The notes under the pieces are model-generated. The model saw nothing but the letters and a program-made list of their open reading frames with translations. It had not been told where the DNA came from and searched no databases. From Coniocarpon cinnabarinum (lineage: Eukaryota), in contig JAVECO010000078.1 in assembly GCA_051942205.1 (NCBI GenBank), positions 1-64,000 on the forward strand: DNA of 64,000 bases, given 5' to 3'. Below, in pieces: positions 39,929-51,797 of this stretch (within the stretch, counting starts at the first letter, position 1; each line of letters begins with the position of its first letter). The position numbers and the translations under genes were made by a program.

Positions 39929-40930
39929 TGCTATGATTCGTGGAGACTGACGAGCAATAAGTACACAAGCGCATGCTTCACGCCATTGTTAAGTCTACAA
40001 ATGAAGCTCTTTTTCGTCTTCTGAACGCATGCTGGCAAAGATGAGCGGCAAGTGCCTCGTAGAAGAGTACTTATCGCATTCTTATTCAGCGTCTTAAAGT
40101 CGAAAACGGCTCTCGCTGTCGTACTCATAGCTTAACAACTCGAATTGAATTTCATCGCACGGACTCGTCACCTGAGCTGTGGTCCGGCAACAATTCTTGT
40201 CCGTGACCCTCGTGGTTAAATCAAAACAGTTCTTCATGGATTGAACTGCGGCGTCAGAGACAAGAGCAAGTGCTCTCTGAAGCGCGGTCTCATATCGTCT
40301 GGACGCGAAGTTCAACACCGTCAAGGACGACTGAGGCTGGCAAATGTTTGCAGCTCGGCTCGAAGCCACTGGTGCGGAATCTTAGATGATGATGAAAGTC
40401 CAACGTCACGTGACGCTATCTGTTGACACCGTGACACCGTCCAATGGAACACCGGTGCCCTTATCTTTGAGAGATGCCACGAATCTGCAGAAGACACGGC
40501 AAAAATGGGAATCTACCGAAGGGTCGGTTCGCAGGAGCCGTGCCGCTGCTCACCTTAATGGCCTTGCCAATGGCCCGCAACGGTGCTTCGAGAGAAACAT
40601 GCCCATGCAGAGCGTGAACATTCGAGGCGTCACTCTACATTTGCCTTTTGACGCTGAAAAGAGGAGCCTACGCCCCACGTTGATTATGTTATCGCCTGTC
40701 GTGTTCGGTGAGCGGCATGTACCAGTCAGTCGTGCTGGCTCGTGCTGGCTCGCAACCTCCGAGTCAGCCAAGGTGACATCGGTGGGGTAGAGCTGATGGA
40801 TCACGACCCTGCAGCAACCGACCTTTATCTCTCGCCGCGCCTCCTTCGAAACGTTCAGTCCGCGTCTCGTTCCCTCTAGCTCGGTCGGTCACCCCAATAG
40901 CCTCTCCCTCGCCAAGCAGCCAAGGACGCC

Positions 40931-42879
40931 ATGGATGAAAAGGGCTATGCCACGGCGACAGACGAGAAGCATGTCGTGTCAAGCGAGTACATCAAGCCTC
41001 AAGCGCGCAGGTTGCATGATCCGGACGTCAAGTTTGAAGAGTACCGCTACTATGCGCTGCGCACAAGAGAAGAAGAAAAGCATCTTGAGTCGCCCAAGCT
41101 GCGCATTCGACAACTCCTAAGTCGTCGCACAACAGCCGAAGCGGCCTCTGATCGCAAAGACTCGGCGTCAGAACCCCAACCTATTCCGACAGAACTCAAC
41201 TTGGCGAATAGAGAAAATCGTCTTCACATATCGGATGAAGAATGGACAAACGCCAGTCGTGCCCTGCGCACGGCTTCTTGGGGCGCGGCGTTTTACCTCA
41301 TTACCACTGATATCCTTGGACCATTTGGGTATGTCTTCATACATCACCGCCAAGTCTGGTGCTGACTGTAATTGCCAGTGTTGGTTTCGCTCTAGGTACT
41401 CTGGGGTGGGGACCTGGCATCGCCTTGTACACCGTTTTTGGCTTCATGGCTGGCTACTCCGGCTACCTTATTTGGCATGTCTTTCTCGGCGTCGACAGCT
41501 ACGAATTTCCCTGTCGGAACTATGGCGATCTTGGTTTCAGAACCTGGGGTCTGGTAGCTCGCCACCTGACCAACGTCTTGCAATCTTTGGGGCTCTTGCT
41601 GATCCTCGGACAAGTCACCATCCAGTATGGGGAAAACATCAGCGAAGTATCAAAGTTTCGGTTGTGCTACATCATCTGTCCACTTCTCTTCGTTATTTTC
41701 GGCTTCTTCCTGACCCAGATCCGAACCTTGAAGAATTATGGCCTCTTAGCCAACTGCGCAGTGTGGCTGACCATTTTAACGATCTTCATCAGTATGGGTG
41801 CCATGGCTCACACTCCTCCCAATTATGCGATCAGCGTTCTTGGATCTTCTGGAAGCGCTGTAGACGAAGACAGCATTACTCCGGACGCCAACGGTGTGTA
41901 TCCTTCCATTGTCCATTACGGCGGTCTTCCTGCCAACAACTTGGTGGGATCCATTAATGGGCTTCTTTCCGGGGTGCTCGCGTATGCAGGCGCGCAGCTT
42001 TTCGTGGAGTTCATGGCGGAAATGCGCAGACCGCGAGATTTCCTCAAGGCCATGTGGGGTGCACAATTCTTCATCTACAGCGTTTACCTTATTTATGGCT
42101 GCTACGTCTATCACTTCCAGGGTCAGTACTCTTACCAGATTAGCTATCAAGGCATCTCCTCCTATGGATTGCAGACCGCATGTAACATGCTTTCGCTCCT
42201 CTCGGCTCTCATCGCCGCAGGCCTTTATGGGAATATTGGCATCAAGGTCATGTATAACAACATCCTCATGGACCTCTTCAACGCGCCTCCGCTTGTGCAA
42301 CGCAATGGAAAAATACTCTATGCTCTTATCGTACCTGTCTGGTGGTCGGTAGCATTCATCATCGCCGCGGCCATCCCTGACTACTTTGGTTTTGTCAGCG
42401 TCATCTCCGCCTCGACACTGCTGAACCTTACATACACACTGCCACCCTTCTTCGCTCTTGGCTACGACATCCAGAAGAACGCGCTTCGAGAGCAGGAAGG
42501 AGAAGGCTTTGGTATGTTTTTTGAAATGCACAGACACTTTGAATCCGCAAGGGTGTCGTTGCTAACGCTTGCAATGTAGACCCTATCACAGGGAAGGTGA
42601 CCAGGAATGGCACACTACTACAGCGCTGGATTCGTGGCTATTTTAGTGGCGGCCCACTTCAAGTAGCAAAGAACGTGTGGCATACTCTTTACTTCCTTGC
42701 TTCACTCTCGATGTGCGGATTGGGCATGTACGCAGCTATCGAAGGGTGAGTGATCAGCTTGGATGTTGTATTTGACGACACTTTGTTGCTGACTACGCTG
42801 TTCCAGGATGATCGAAGCGTTCAAGGACCCCCAACTAAACTCTTTCTCGTGCACCTCGCCTCTGAACCTGAACGCGTAG
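40931..42879 (+). CDS. Amino acid transporter (Aa_trans, Mtr-like neutral amino acid permease); introns ~41329-41378, ~42512-42579, ~42746-42807
   Basis: HDPDVKFEEY, ASWGAAFYLITTDILGP, FVEFMAEMRRPRDF, multiple TMs, C-terminal FSCTSPL. Confidence 0.9.
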
Positions 42880-43554
42880 GCTCAAAACGACTAGCTCTAC
42901 CCATTGATGCATTGAGAGAGATGGAGCATTCTTGAGGTCATACAGTTTCAAGGAGGACTGATATCGACCTGAAAGTTCGTTGTATACACAATTCCGAGCT
43001 TTCCTAATTGGGCAGCTTCAATTGATTCTCAATGATCAGAAACTAGCTTGGGGTTGTTGCGCAAGGATGCTCGGCGGCTGCATGCAGTTACCACAGGACT
43101 GCAGTCGTGTCTACTCAACATCTGCTTACATGTTTCACTGAAAGTCCTTTGTGGGATTCGGAAAACCACTGCACGCACAATCATTTCCTATAAGGACGAA
43201 CACCGAGCTCAGAAAACGACAAGCAGACTCTGCCGGCATGCTGTTCGAGCTTGAAGTGTAACTTGTCACAGTTTTGGTACTCCTCTCCAGGAAACCGACC
43301 TAATGGTTACTTAGCATAGACGAAACATATTATGTAGAGGCTATTTAGTGATCCTGGGACAAGACCTAACTTCATTTAAGGAAATACAGCACTGCAGTCG
43401 TAGAGACGTTACCTAGTACATCACCTTCATTATTCCCACATGCGTGCGCGCGAGAGGCATTGATGACCTAGCCTTTATAGTTGAAAGGCGGGTTAGCATC
43501 AGCAGTCTCGTATTCAAAGAGAGGTTGGCAATCTGTACTTCACGTGCATCAGAG

Positions 43555-43560
43555 CCTCGG
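43555..43560. promoter_or_regulatory. Candidate FarA/FarB site CCTCGG
   Basis: Exact hexamer ~140 bp upstream of the AKL-ending hydrolase. Confidence 0.4.
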
Positions 43561-43702
43561 TAGACACTGAACCCTCTGCTAATGTTAGTAATCCAAGTGT
43601 CCGCATTTGGCCTTTTTCAGAATACAAGGTGTCCAGGCACGCCAGGGCAGCCTGCTGTCTTCATAATGTATTGTTGAACACTGTCCATCTGCGCTGATTA
43701 CT

Positions 43703-44700
43703 ATGGATCAATTTAAGCTTCCTCCAATCCAACACATTACCTTGTCCCCTAATACACGTGTCGTCTACCGCATTATTGCCGCACGCAATGCCACTACTGC
43801 ACCACCACTCATTGTGCACATCCACTTCCGTGCCAACCTCTGTTTCTGGGACCCGCTCCTCCTCTACACGCTCTCCAATCACCGGAGACTGATCCTCTTC
43901 GATCAGCCCGGTACCGGTCGCTCGACGGGCGCCGTCCCAGTCACGTACCAAGGCTGGGCAAACGATCTCATTGCGTTCGTCGACGCACTGGGTCTTCAGC
44001 AGATCGATTTGCTGGGTTTCAGCATGGGTGGTCGAGTGGTCCAGATGGTAGCGCTGACTCGTCCCATGCTGATCAGGAAACTGATCTTGTGTGGAACGGA
44101 TGCATCTGCGCCATTGCCTCTGCTTGAAGGAAGCACAGAGGTGCGATGGCCGCGAGGTGGGCAACCGCCGGAGCCGATAGAGCTTCTGCGGACTGCACGA
44201 AGCAAAGTGGAGATGGAACGTGCGATTCGAGTGTCGTTCTTTCCTCCTGGTCAGATAGGTGAACTGGCAAGCGAGCAATACTGGCGGAGGGTCCGTGTTG
44301 CTGCGAGTCAAAATGGAGAGGAGGCATCGCTGGTGTTGCTAGATCACGCGGGTGCGCAAAGGCAGATGGAAGCTTCGAGAGAGTGGTCGACGCCCAATGA
44401 GAGCAACAGTTGGGCGAGGCTAGCAGAGCTGGGCATGGATGTTTTAGTTGCGAATGGGGATGATGATCTGCTGGTAAGTCCCTTCCAAGGTCAAAGACTT
44501 TCTGCAAGGAAGATGCTGATGAGTAACAGATTGCAACGCCTAGAAGCTATGAGCTCATGGATCGAACCAGCCAGGCGCAGCTAATAATCTATCCGCAAGC
44601 TGGTCATGGGTTCCTGTGGCAGTATGCTGAGCTGTTTGGTGAGCATGTAAATATGTTTCTGGACGCTGAGGGCGTCAATGGGCCGGAAGCCAAGTTATGA
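43703..44700 (+). CDS. Alpha/beta hydrolase with PTS1 AKL; intron 44474-44529
   Basis: FDQPGTGRS, GFSMGG nucleophile elbow, NGDDDLL acid residue, YPQAGHG histidine; ends GPEAKL*. Confidence 0.88.
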
Positions 44701-45537
44701 ACATTGCATGTGCGCATCCTCAGATATAGAACAGCGTAATTCGGCGAGGGACGCGCATGATGCACGAATAATTAGCATTCGTGACTCGACGGAACACTAG
44801 CCCAACAGATTTTCTCGTTCTATTTCTCGCGAAGGTGCGGTCTTCCTTGCCAAGTAGTGGCAAAGTAGAGACCACAATATCATTGGCATTTACGCTCGGG
44901 GGAGACGGCACAGGAAACAGCTGCTTGCAGGCCCATGATGTGCTTGAGTAGCCGTCGATTGTCTCATTATTATAGGGTGGTCGGCCTCAGTACGGGCACA
45001 CGGGATGTCAATCAAGAGATGGACTTGCCTTCTCAATCATTGCAATACACGGGTCACACAGTAGTGTGAGAAGGCTAGAATGCTCGTTCTCAATAGCAGA
45101 GCGCCTGTAAGTCTGCCAAACAAAGGAGTCAGTGCGTAGGATTTAGGGAGGAAAAACGCAGGTGCTCAGGTCAGATGAAATGGATGTGGTGCGGCCGCAC
45201 AGTCAATCTTTGCAGTGGGTTGACATTTTGATTGCGATGCTAAAGTTGCATTCGCGGAATACGTTCCAAGTCTTGCTTGATTGCTGATTTTATATGCGCT
45301 GTTCGCTAGCGGCTTTCCATATGCGTATATTCGGCCTCATTGTCTGGAATGCAGACTGGGTATAGGCACTTGGTTGTGCTTGAGCTCACAGCCTTCGGTA
45401 GCACCTTCGCACGCAGCGGAAAGAGAACTCCGGAAAAACTTTCTCCCTTGCCAAGCCCACATTTGCAACTTTCCACACATACGAAATCTGAACCTGCAGC
45501 AACACTCTCATCCCAGTGATCCGAGCAATTGAAAGCC

Positions 45538-47013
45538 ATGTCTCACAGAAAGTTCGAGGCACCCCGTGTTAGTATTCGCGTCTGAAGACTATTATGAGTC
45601 CGAAATGCTGACACATAGAAGCATGGGTCATTGGCTTTCCTTCCCCGAAAGCGCTCATCACGCAGCAGAGGCAAAGTGAAGAGGTGCGGTCCAATGGGTC
45701 CTGAAGCTCTCAAAGGCTGAGGGCATCTATGACCACAGTTGAAATAGACTGACCTCGGCGCTTAGCTTTCCAAAAGATGATCCCAAAAAGCCAGTTCATC
45801 TGACCGGTGAGTTCATTTTCTAGCTGCACACCTAGTCACACCTCCCCTCTGCTGCGCCTCCAGATGTCATTGTTGCGAACGCAAGATGTGACATGCTGAC
45901 TCTTTTCAATAGCTGCGATGGGCTACAAGGCCGGCATGACAACTATCGTTCGCGACCTCGACCGTCCCGGTTCCAAGATGAACAAGAAAGAGGTCGTCGA
46001 AGCATGCACGGTCGTAGAGACGCCACCGGTAGGCTACTTGAGGTCGTGGCCATGCTTGTTTATGGCGGCTAACACCCTCATAGATGATTGTCATCGGTCT
46101 CGTTGGCTACATCGAAACTCCTCGCGGTCTGCGTTCTCTTACGACTGTCTGGGCCTCCCACCTTTCGGATGAAATTAAGCGCCGCTTTTACAAGAACTGG
46201 TACAAGTCCAAGAAGAAGGCCTTTACCAAATACCCTGCAAAGCACACTCAAAATTCTGGACAGGCCATCACACGCGAGCTTGAGCGCATCAAAAAATACT
46301 GCACGGTTGTTCGTGTTCTCGCACACACGCAAATCTCCAAGACGCCACTCAAACAAAAGAAAGCGCACTTGATGGAAATTCAGGTCAATGGTGGCAGCAT
46401 CGCAGACAAGGTCGAGTTTGGCAAGGGTCTCTTCGAAAAGCCAGTGGAGATTAGCAGTATATTCGAACAAGATGAAATGATCGATGCCATTGGGGTGACA
46501 AAGGGGCATGGCTTTCAGGGTGTGACGTCTCGATGGGGAACCAAGAAGCTTCCTCGTAAGACACACAAAGGTCTCCGCAAGGTCGCCTGCATTGGTGCGT
46601 GGCATCCGTCGCACGTCCAGTGGACAGTCGCGCGTGCAGGTCAGATGGGTTACCACCATCGCACGCAACCCAATCTCAAGATCTACCGGATCGGCAACGG
46701 CAATGACGAAGGGAATGCCGGGACAGAGTTCGATGTCAGCAAGAAGAAGATCACGCCCATGGGTGGGTTCGTGCGCTATGGTATCGTCAACAACGACTTT
46801 CTGTTACTCAAGGGTGCCGTGCCCGGTGTCAAGAAACGGGTCATTTCCCTTCGCAAAAGCATGTTCGTCCACACAACGAGGAAGGCTCTGGAGAAGGTCG
46901 AGCTCAAGTGGATCGATACCAGCAGCAAGTTTGGTCACGGCGCATACCAAACTCCACAAGAGAAGAGACAATTCCTCGGCACTTTGAAGAAGGATTTGGA
47001 AGTGAAATCATAG
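45538..47013 (+). CDS. RPL3: 60S ribosomal protein L3; introns 45568-45621, 45684-45765, 45807-45912, 46030-46083
   Basis: [51 protein letters not shown]. Confidence 0.97.
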
Positions 47014-47189
47014 TAGTAGCAGTAGCAGTAGTAGTGGCAAATAGGTGCTATGGTATCTCTCCATAATGCTCTCAAACTTTGAAAGTGACGTCTCAACTGT
47101 CGTGGCCCTCCAAGGCTAATGTACAAAATGAATTCAATGTGTCATGCAAACAGAACTATCCCAGAACGTCGGTCACGGTCAACATTGGC

Positions 47190-49211
47190 TTAATGCGCCG
47201 AATTACAAACCACACGAGCTTTCGACACAACGCTTCTGTCGTGTTTTGCAGCACCCTCGCCGCCCACTTTGACCACGAGCGGCCATGCCGCTGCAAGCAC
47301 GGTCTTGTCCTCGTTCTCGCTCTCGCTCAACCCATCCTTTTGCACAGCATCTTCCATTGTCACGGTGTCAAAGTGAAGGCTCCGTGTCAAGCCGTCGGTG
47401 CTGGCCACGTTGCCCGGAAGCGAAAACAGAAACACAGCGCGCTGTGTGCGGAATTGCCGTGCAATGTCAATGGCTTTGGCGATGAAAGCTTGGAGATCGC
47501 GGACTCGCGACGGAAGGGGTGAGGAGCCTTGAGCACTCGCGCCACCAACACCCCCAGATGGAGCTGTGATGGATGAGAGCATGTTGTTAATGGAGAACGC
47601 AGTGCGGGATATAAGTTTGTTTGTTAGTGCAGTGAGAGTTGGGTCGTGAGTGCGGCGAAGGAGGGACACAGTTGCGGCGCGCCATGCGTGGAATTCGTCT
47701 GTACTTGAGGCTTTACTTTGTTAGTAAGAAATCCTCTACTCCGGACTGACAGAGACTCAAGCTCACCTGACAGCACTTTGTAAGCCTCTCTCAGATAACT
47801 CAGACCTCCTCGTGCGGTCTCTTCCTTGGTCTCATGTTCCTCTTCCCAGTCGGGCAGCGCAACGTAGAAGTCATCGTCCCACACCGCATCCATCAACCTT
47901 GCACTTACCAGGGCTTGCAAGAATGGTAGCTTGGCTCTGTCCGCCGCCTGCTTATACTGTGGCACGGCCTGACGGATCTGCTTAAGTTCTTTCGATTCGC
48001 CTTGCTTCTCAAGCTTCTCAAAGTCGATTTTGGACTTCAAAAAGTTGTTGGTGACCCAGCTTTGCACGTCTGCTGCAAGACCGTGCATCAAATCCGCGAA
48101 CTCGGCATCTGTTACTTGCATAGGACCTTGTGAGCCTTTTTCCACACTTGCCTGCAGTTGCTGATTTCGTCCCTTCAGACGCTCGATCTCCGCGGCAGAG
48201 CCGTTGAGCGAAGCCTGTGCCGCGGAGAGTCGGGAATTCATGTCTGTGATTTGAGTTGTATGAAGTTCGCGATCCTTGGCTTGGTCTGACTGCGCTGCTG
48301 CTTGATCACTTTTCTCCCTCTCGCGCTCAGCAACAAGCGTCGTTTGTGTCTCCTTCTGCCGCTCGATGTCACTCTTCTGTGTCTGCAGTATAGTCCGTTC
48401 TCGATCCAGATCGGCTTTGATCTGTTTGGCTGCTTCCTGTTCGCGTTGAATCTGTCTTTGTTGTTCCTGCAGCTGCTCTCGCTCTCTTGCCATCTTCGCA
48501 TCGTGCTCTGTTATTGCAACAGATCCCGCAAGCGCACCGGCACCGGCACTCTCAGCTGTCGGGCCATTACTCGAGATTGGGACGTTGCTTGGTTCAGGCT
48601 TGCGCCCAAAGGCTGAGTCTTTCTTCTTGACCGCAGCTTCCGCACGATCAGCGCGAGCACGTTCCTTCTCTACTTCCTCTTGCAAAGCCATATGTACTCG
48701 GCTGAGGGCTTCGAATCTTCCAATCAACTGTTCCTTTTCTTTCATCTCAATGACAACTCTTGATTGCCAGGAGCGCTCAGCGGCACTGTCAACCCCCCGA
48801 TCTGCATGTTTCTCTGCTTCGTCCGGCTCCGCGCGTTCCTCTTGCGGCGGTTGCTTACTGACAGTAGCATGAGCTGGAGGCTCGTGAGAAGGCTCCGGAA
48901 CAGCGACACTGGAGTGGAGGCTCAGGAATTGAGAGATGCCAGTATCGTCGTGGAGATTTGTCTGGCTGGCGTTCGTAAAACTGAGTGGCAGTGCGAGTGA
49001 GGGTTTGCCGTTCGGTGAAGACGGAGCAAGACTTTGACCTGCATCTGATGGGCGAGACGCTGTATCGTCGTCTTCCTTGAAACTCATTTTCGAGCGACCG
49101 CGGCGGAGCTTAGAGAAGATGCCGCCTTGACCAAGGTCAGCATCAACTGCCAATTGCAACATGACTGAATGACTGACCTTCACTCGATCGCGGGCTCACT
49201 GACGTGGACAT
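47190..49211 (-). CDS. Coiled-coil protein of unknown function; two introns (~49126-49177, ~47700-47766)
   Basis: Spliced N-terminus MSTSVSPRSSE|GGIF, long E/Q/R heptad region, C-terminal AWPLVVKVG..VVSKARVVC. Confidence 0.75.
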
Positions 49212-49678
49212 TGCGTTGCTTTATGTGGCAACAGTACTGTTTGGCGAGCCCGTCAATGCACGTGGATATTGCTGAAGCACAAGGACGAGATGAAACTGCG
49301 GCAGCGTCTGATGCCTTGCCTGCTATTTCTGCCGCCTCGGTATCTCGTATGTGTACCTGCGCGTGCATTGCATTACGCACCCATGGATCGCCGCGCTTGG
49401 TGGTGAGTTTCCTCGCTGGTCGAGACAGGCAAATTAAGTCGTCGCTGGTCTGGAATTGTGCTAGCTCCTGTTTCACCTTCGGACCTTCCACAAGTACCAC
49501 AACCCTAACTGTCAATTTTCTGCGGGTGCTAAGTAGAGCGCACATGGCACAGGTCCGCCTCGGCAGGATCCGTTAGATTGCCATTGGCCATTGTGCTCGG
49601 ACTACACACCTACACTGCAGGCAGACTACGGGCCCCCCAAAACATGTCGTGCATTCTGTTTCCTACAGCCATACGGTA

Positions 49679-51797
49679 TCATCGTTCCATAAGGTTCGCG
49701 CGCTCTGCTGACAGAGCATCATCCTGCTCCGCGGAAAGAACGACATTCCTGCCTCGCCATTCTCTGTACCAAAGCGTAGCTTGAAAACTCGCATGGCAAG
49801 CAAGCCCGGCAATGAAGCCTACAGCATCGTTTTTGAAAGCCAAGACTCCAGCCACAGTAAACATCATGGTCGTCCAACGCTGTTTCGCCTCGGTATCATT
49901 TGGCTTTCGCAGCGACTTGCCATCTGCACGGCATGTCAGCTTAGGCTCTGGGTTCACCAGGTTCAGCATGAAGAGACAATGGCAATGCTTGCACTCCGAT
50001 TGCCATGGGGTTGAGTGCGAAAGCGATTGACGCTCTGGTAGCAACTGGAAGTGTTGTTTTGAAGGCTTGCAACAGTCGCGCAAGCCAATGTATGCATACC
50101 ATGTTGGTCTCCGGCATCTACGCAGAGATCTCGAGCACTGCTGTTAAGACTTGCGCCAACACCAGCCAGCTCGATGCCGGCTGCAACCACCATGACACCC
50201 AAGAAAGCTTTGGGGAAGCTTCGCAGGATGTCGACAAGCCATTGGTCTTCCAGGAAAAGACCCGCAACAAGCTTCACAGCTCCTAGGAAGATGATGCTCG
50301 CACCGCTCCTTGCTCCAAACTTGACCTGAGCGGCAAGACCACCGCTTCCGTGGCAGGTCGGCATGGCTCCGAGGGGGCAAGAGATTGCATTCATTAAGGC
50401 TACTGATAATCCAATCGAAGCCTGAGGACTCTACTGTCAGCGAAACCGTGTTTTCACTCTGTAATAGGAGATCTGAAGGACTCTGGGCTAGGATGGGGGA
50501 TCCCAATCGAATTATCTTCAGGTGAACGCAACAGGTCTTCGATACAGAAGCACCCAAACTTTGAATTTGCCTGCAAGATGAAGCATGGCAGGGGATGCTT
50601 ACTTACCTCTGAAGGAGTTGGCACAGAGGGTAATAGTTCTGCTGCCAGATGCGTGACAGCCACGACTGAGTTGAGTGCAGTAAGCGGAAGCTGACCTAGG
50701 CCGGCGTCAACTGCCCCTGTACGGACGTCAAGCCATGTAGGCTTTACTGGATGAGGGTGCCATAGCTTCAGTACGTGCGCATTTGATCTTCGTGACTTGA
50801 AGTCTACGCTTGCAAAGACCACGCCGAAAATGAATACTACAAGGGCATAAGGGAGTCGTGGTGGTCCTTTGTTAGAGGCCATGCCATTTGAGATCAGTAG
50901 TAAAGCGAACGCCAAAAGGCTCCAGACATGATTGTCCAGTATTCGGGGGCTGACCTTGGGTCGAGATGTTAGCAAGCTCCTCTACAACTTTACTTTGCAG
51001 CAAGGAAATTGACACGAGCGATTTGTCTAGAATGCAGGCTGTCATGTAGGGTGGGCGGCTATGCCCTTGCGCAGCCCACGATTCAACAATGGACTTCCTT
51101 TTCGACCTTGAACTTCAATGTGTCGAGTACCAGGCGCAAAAATCACGAGGCGATGCGTGCAAAAGACGCTGACGTACCTAGTTGTCTTCGTCAGCGACGA
51201 CTAACTTGGCTGGTAAATTGTGAAAGAACGGTTCCAACGCAATCAATCTTCGCTCGTAAATTTACTTCAGTCACTGGGGTACGGGAATTCTATGCTTCAA
51301 CGCTCAAGTGCCTGGCTCCTAAACAACAATGTCCGAGCCTGAGAACATACCCAATGCAATTGAGAGAAGAAGGCCTTCCCAGCGGACAACACTAAGCTCA
51401 GCCCTGCGCCTACCTGAATGCCTTTGATGACCGGTATAGGTACAGTCCGTGCAATCCAGCCGAGCAGACCAGTAAGACTGCAAACGCCTATGACTAGAGC
51501 AACAAAAAGACCTGCACTGGCGGTTCGGGCTTGAGAGAACTCGTTGGCGATTGCGACTGCAGCCACGGCCTTCATCGGTTGTACAGGTAGTGGGATCTGG
51601 AAGGTCAGTCCAGTCATAATGTTGGCAACGCCTGTGAAGACGAGGGTTGTAGATAGCGAGATGGAATTGGTCAGTGTCAAAGCCAGTAGCAAGGGGAGCA
51701 AGGTCCCCAAGTCTCCCAGAGAGCCGGAAATCTCTGCCAATGGTGATGCTCGGATGATGCGAATGTTATGAGCTTGTGATGGAAGTGAGACCCGCAT
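49679..51797 (-). CDS. Molybdate transporter, MOT1/MOT2 family; exons 51797-51351, 50954-50607, 50421-50100, 49923-49679
   Basis: EISGSLGDLGT, PLPVQPMK, VIKGIQVGAG, QLPLTALNS, AMPTCHGSGGLAAQ.KFGARSG are MOT family signatures. Exon phases are consistent. Confidence 0.9.

Noticed and set aside
41776..42537. Long antisense ORFs (for example 253 aa here, 240 aa at 57527-58249, 216 aa at 43661-44311)
   Set aside because: These are shadows of real genes on the opposite strand.
49924..51350. TPP riboswitch or C/D snoRNA in the MOT introns
   Set aside because: No CTGAGA/GATC TPP core and no RTGATGA C box were found.
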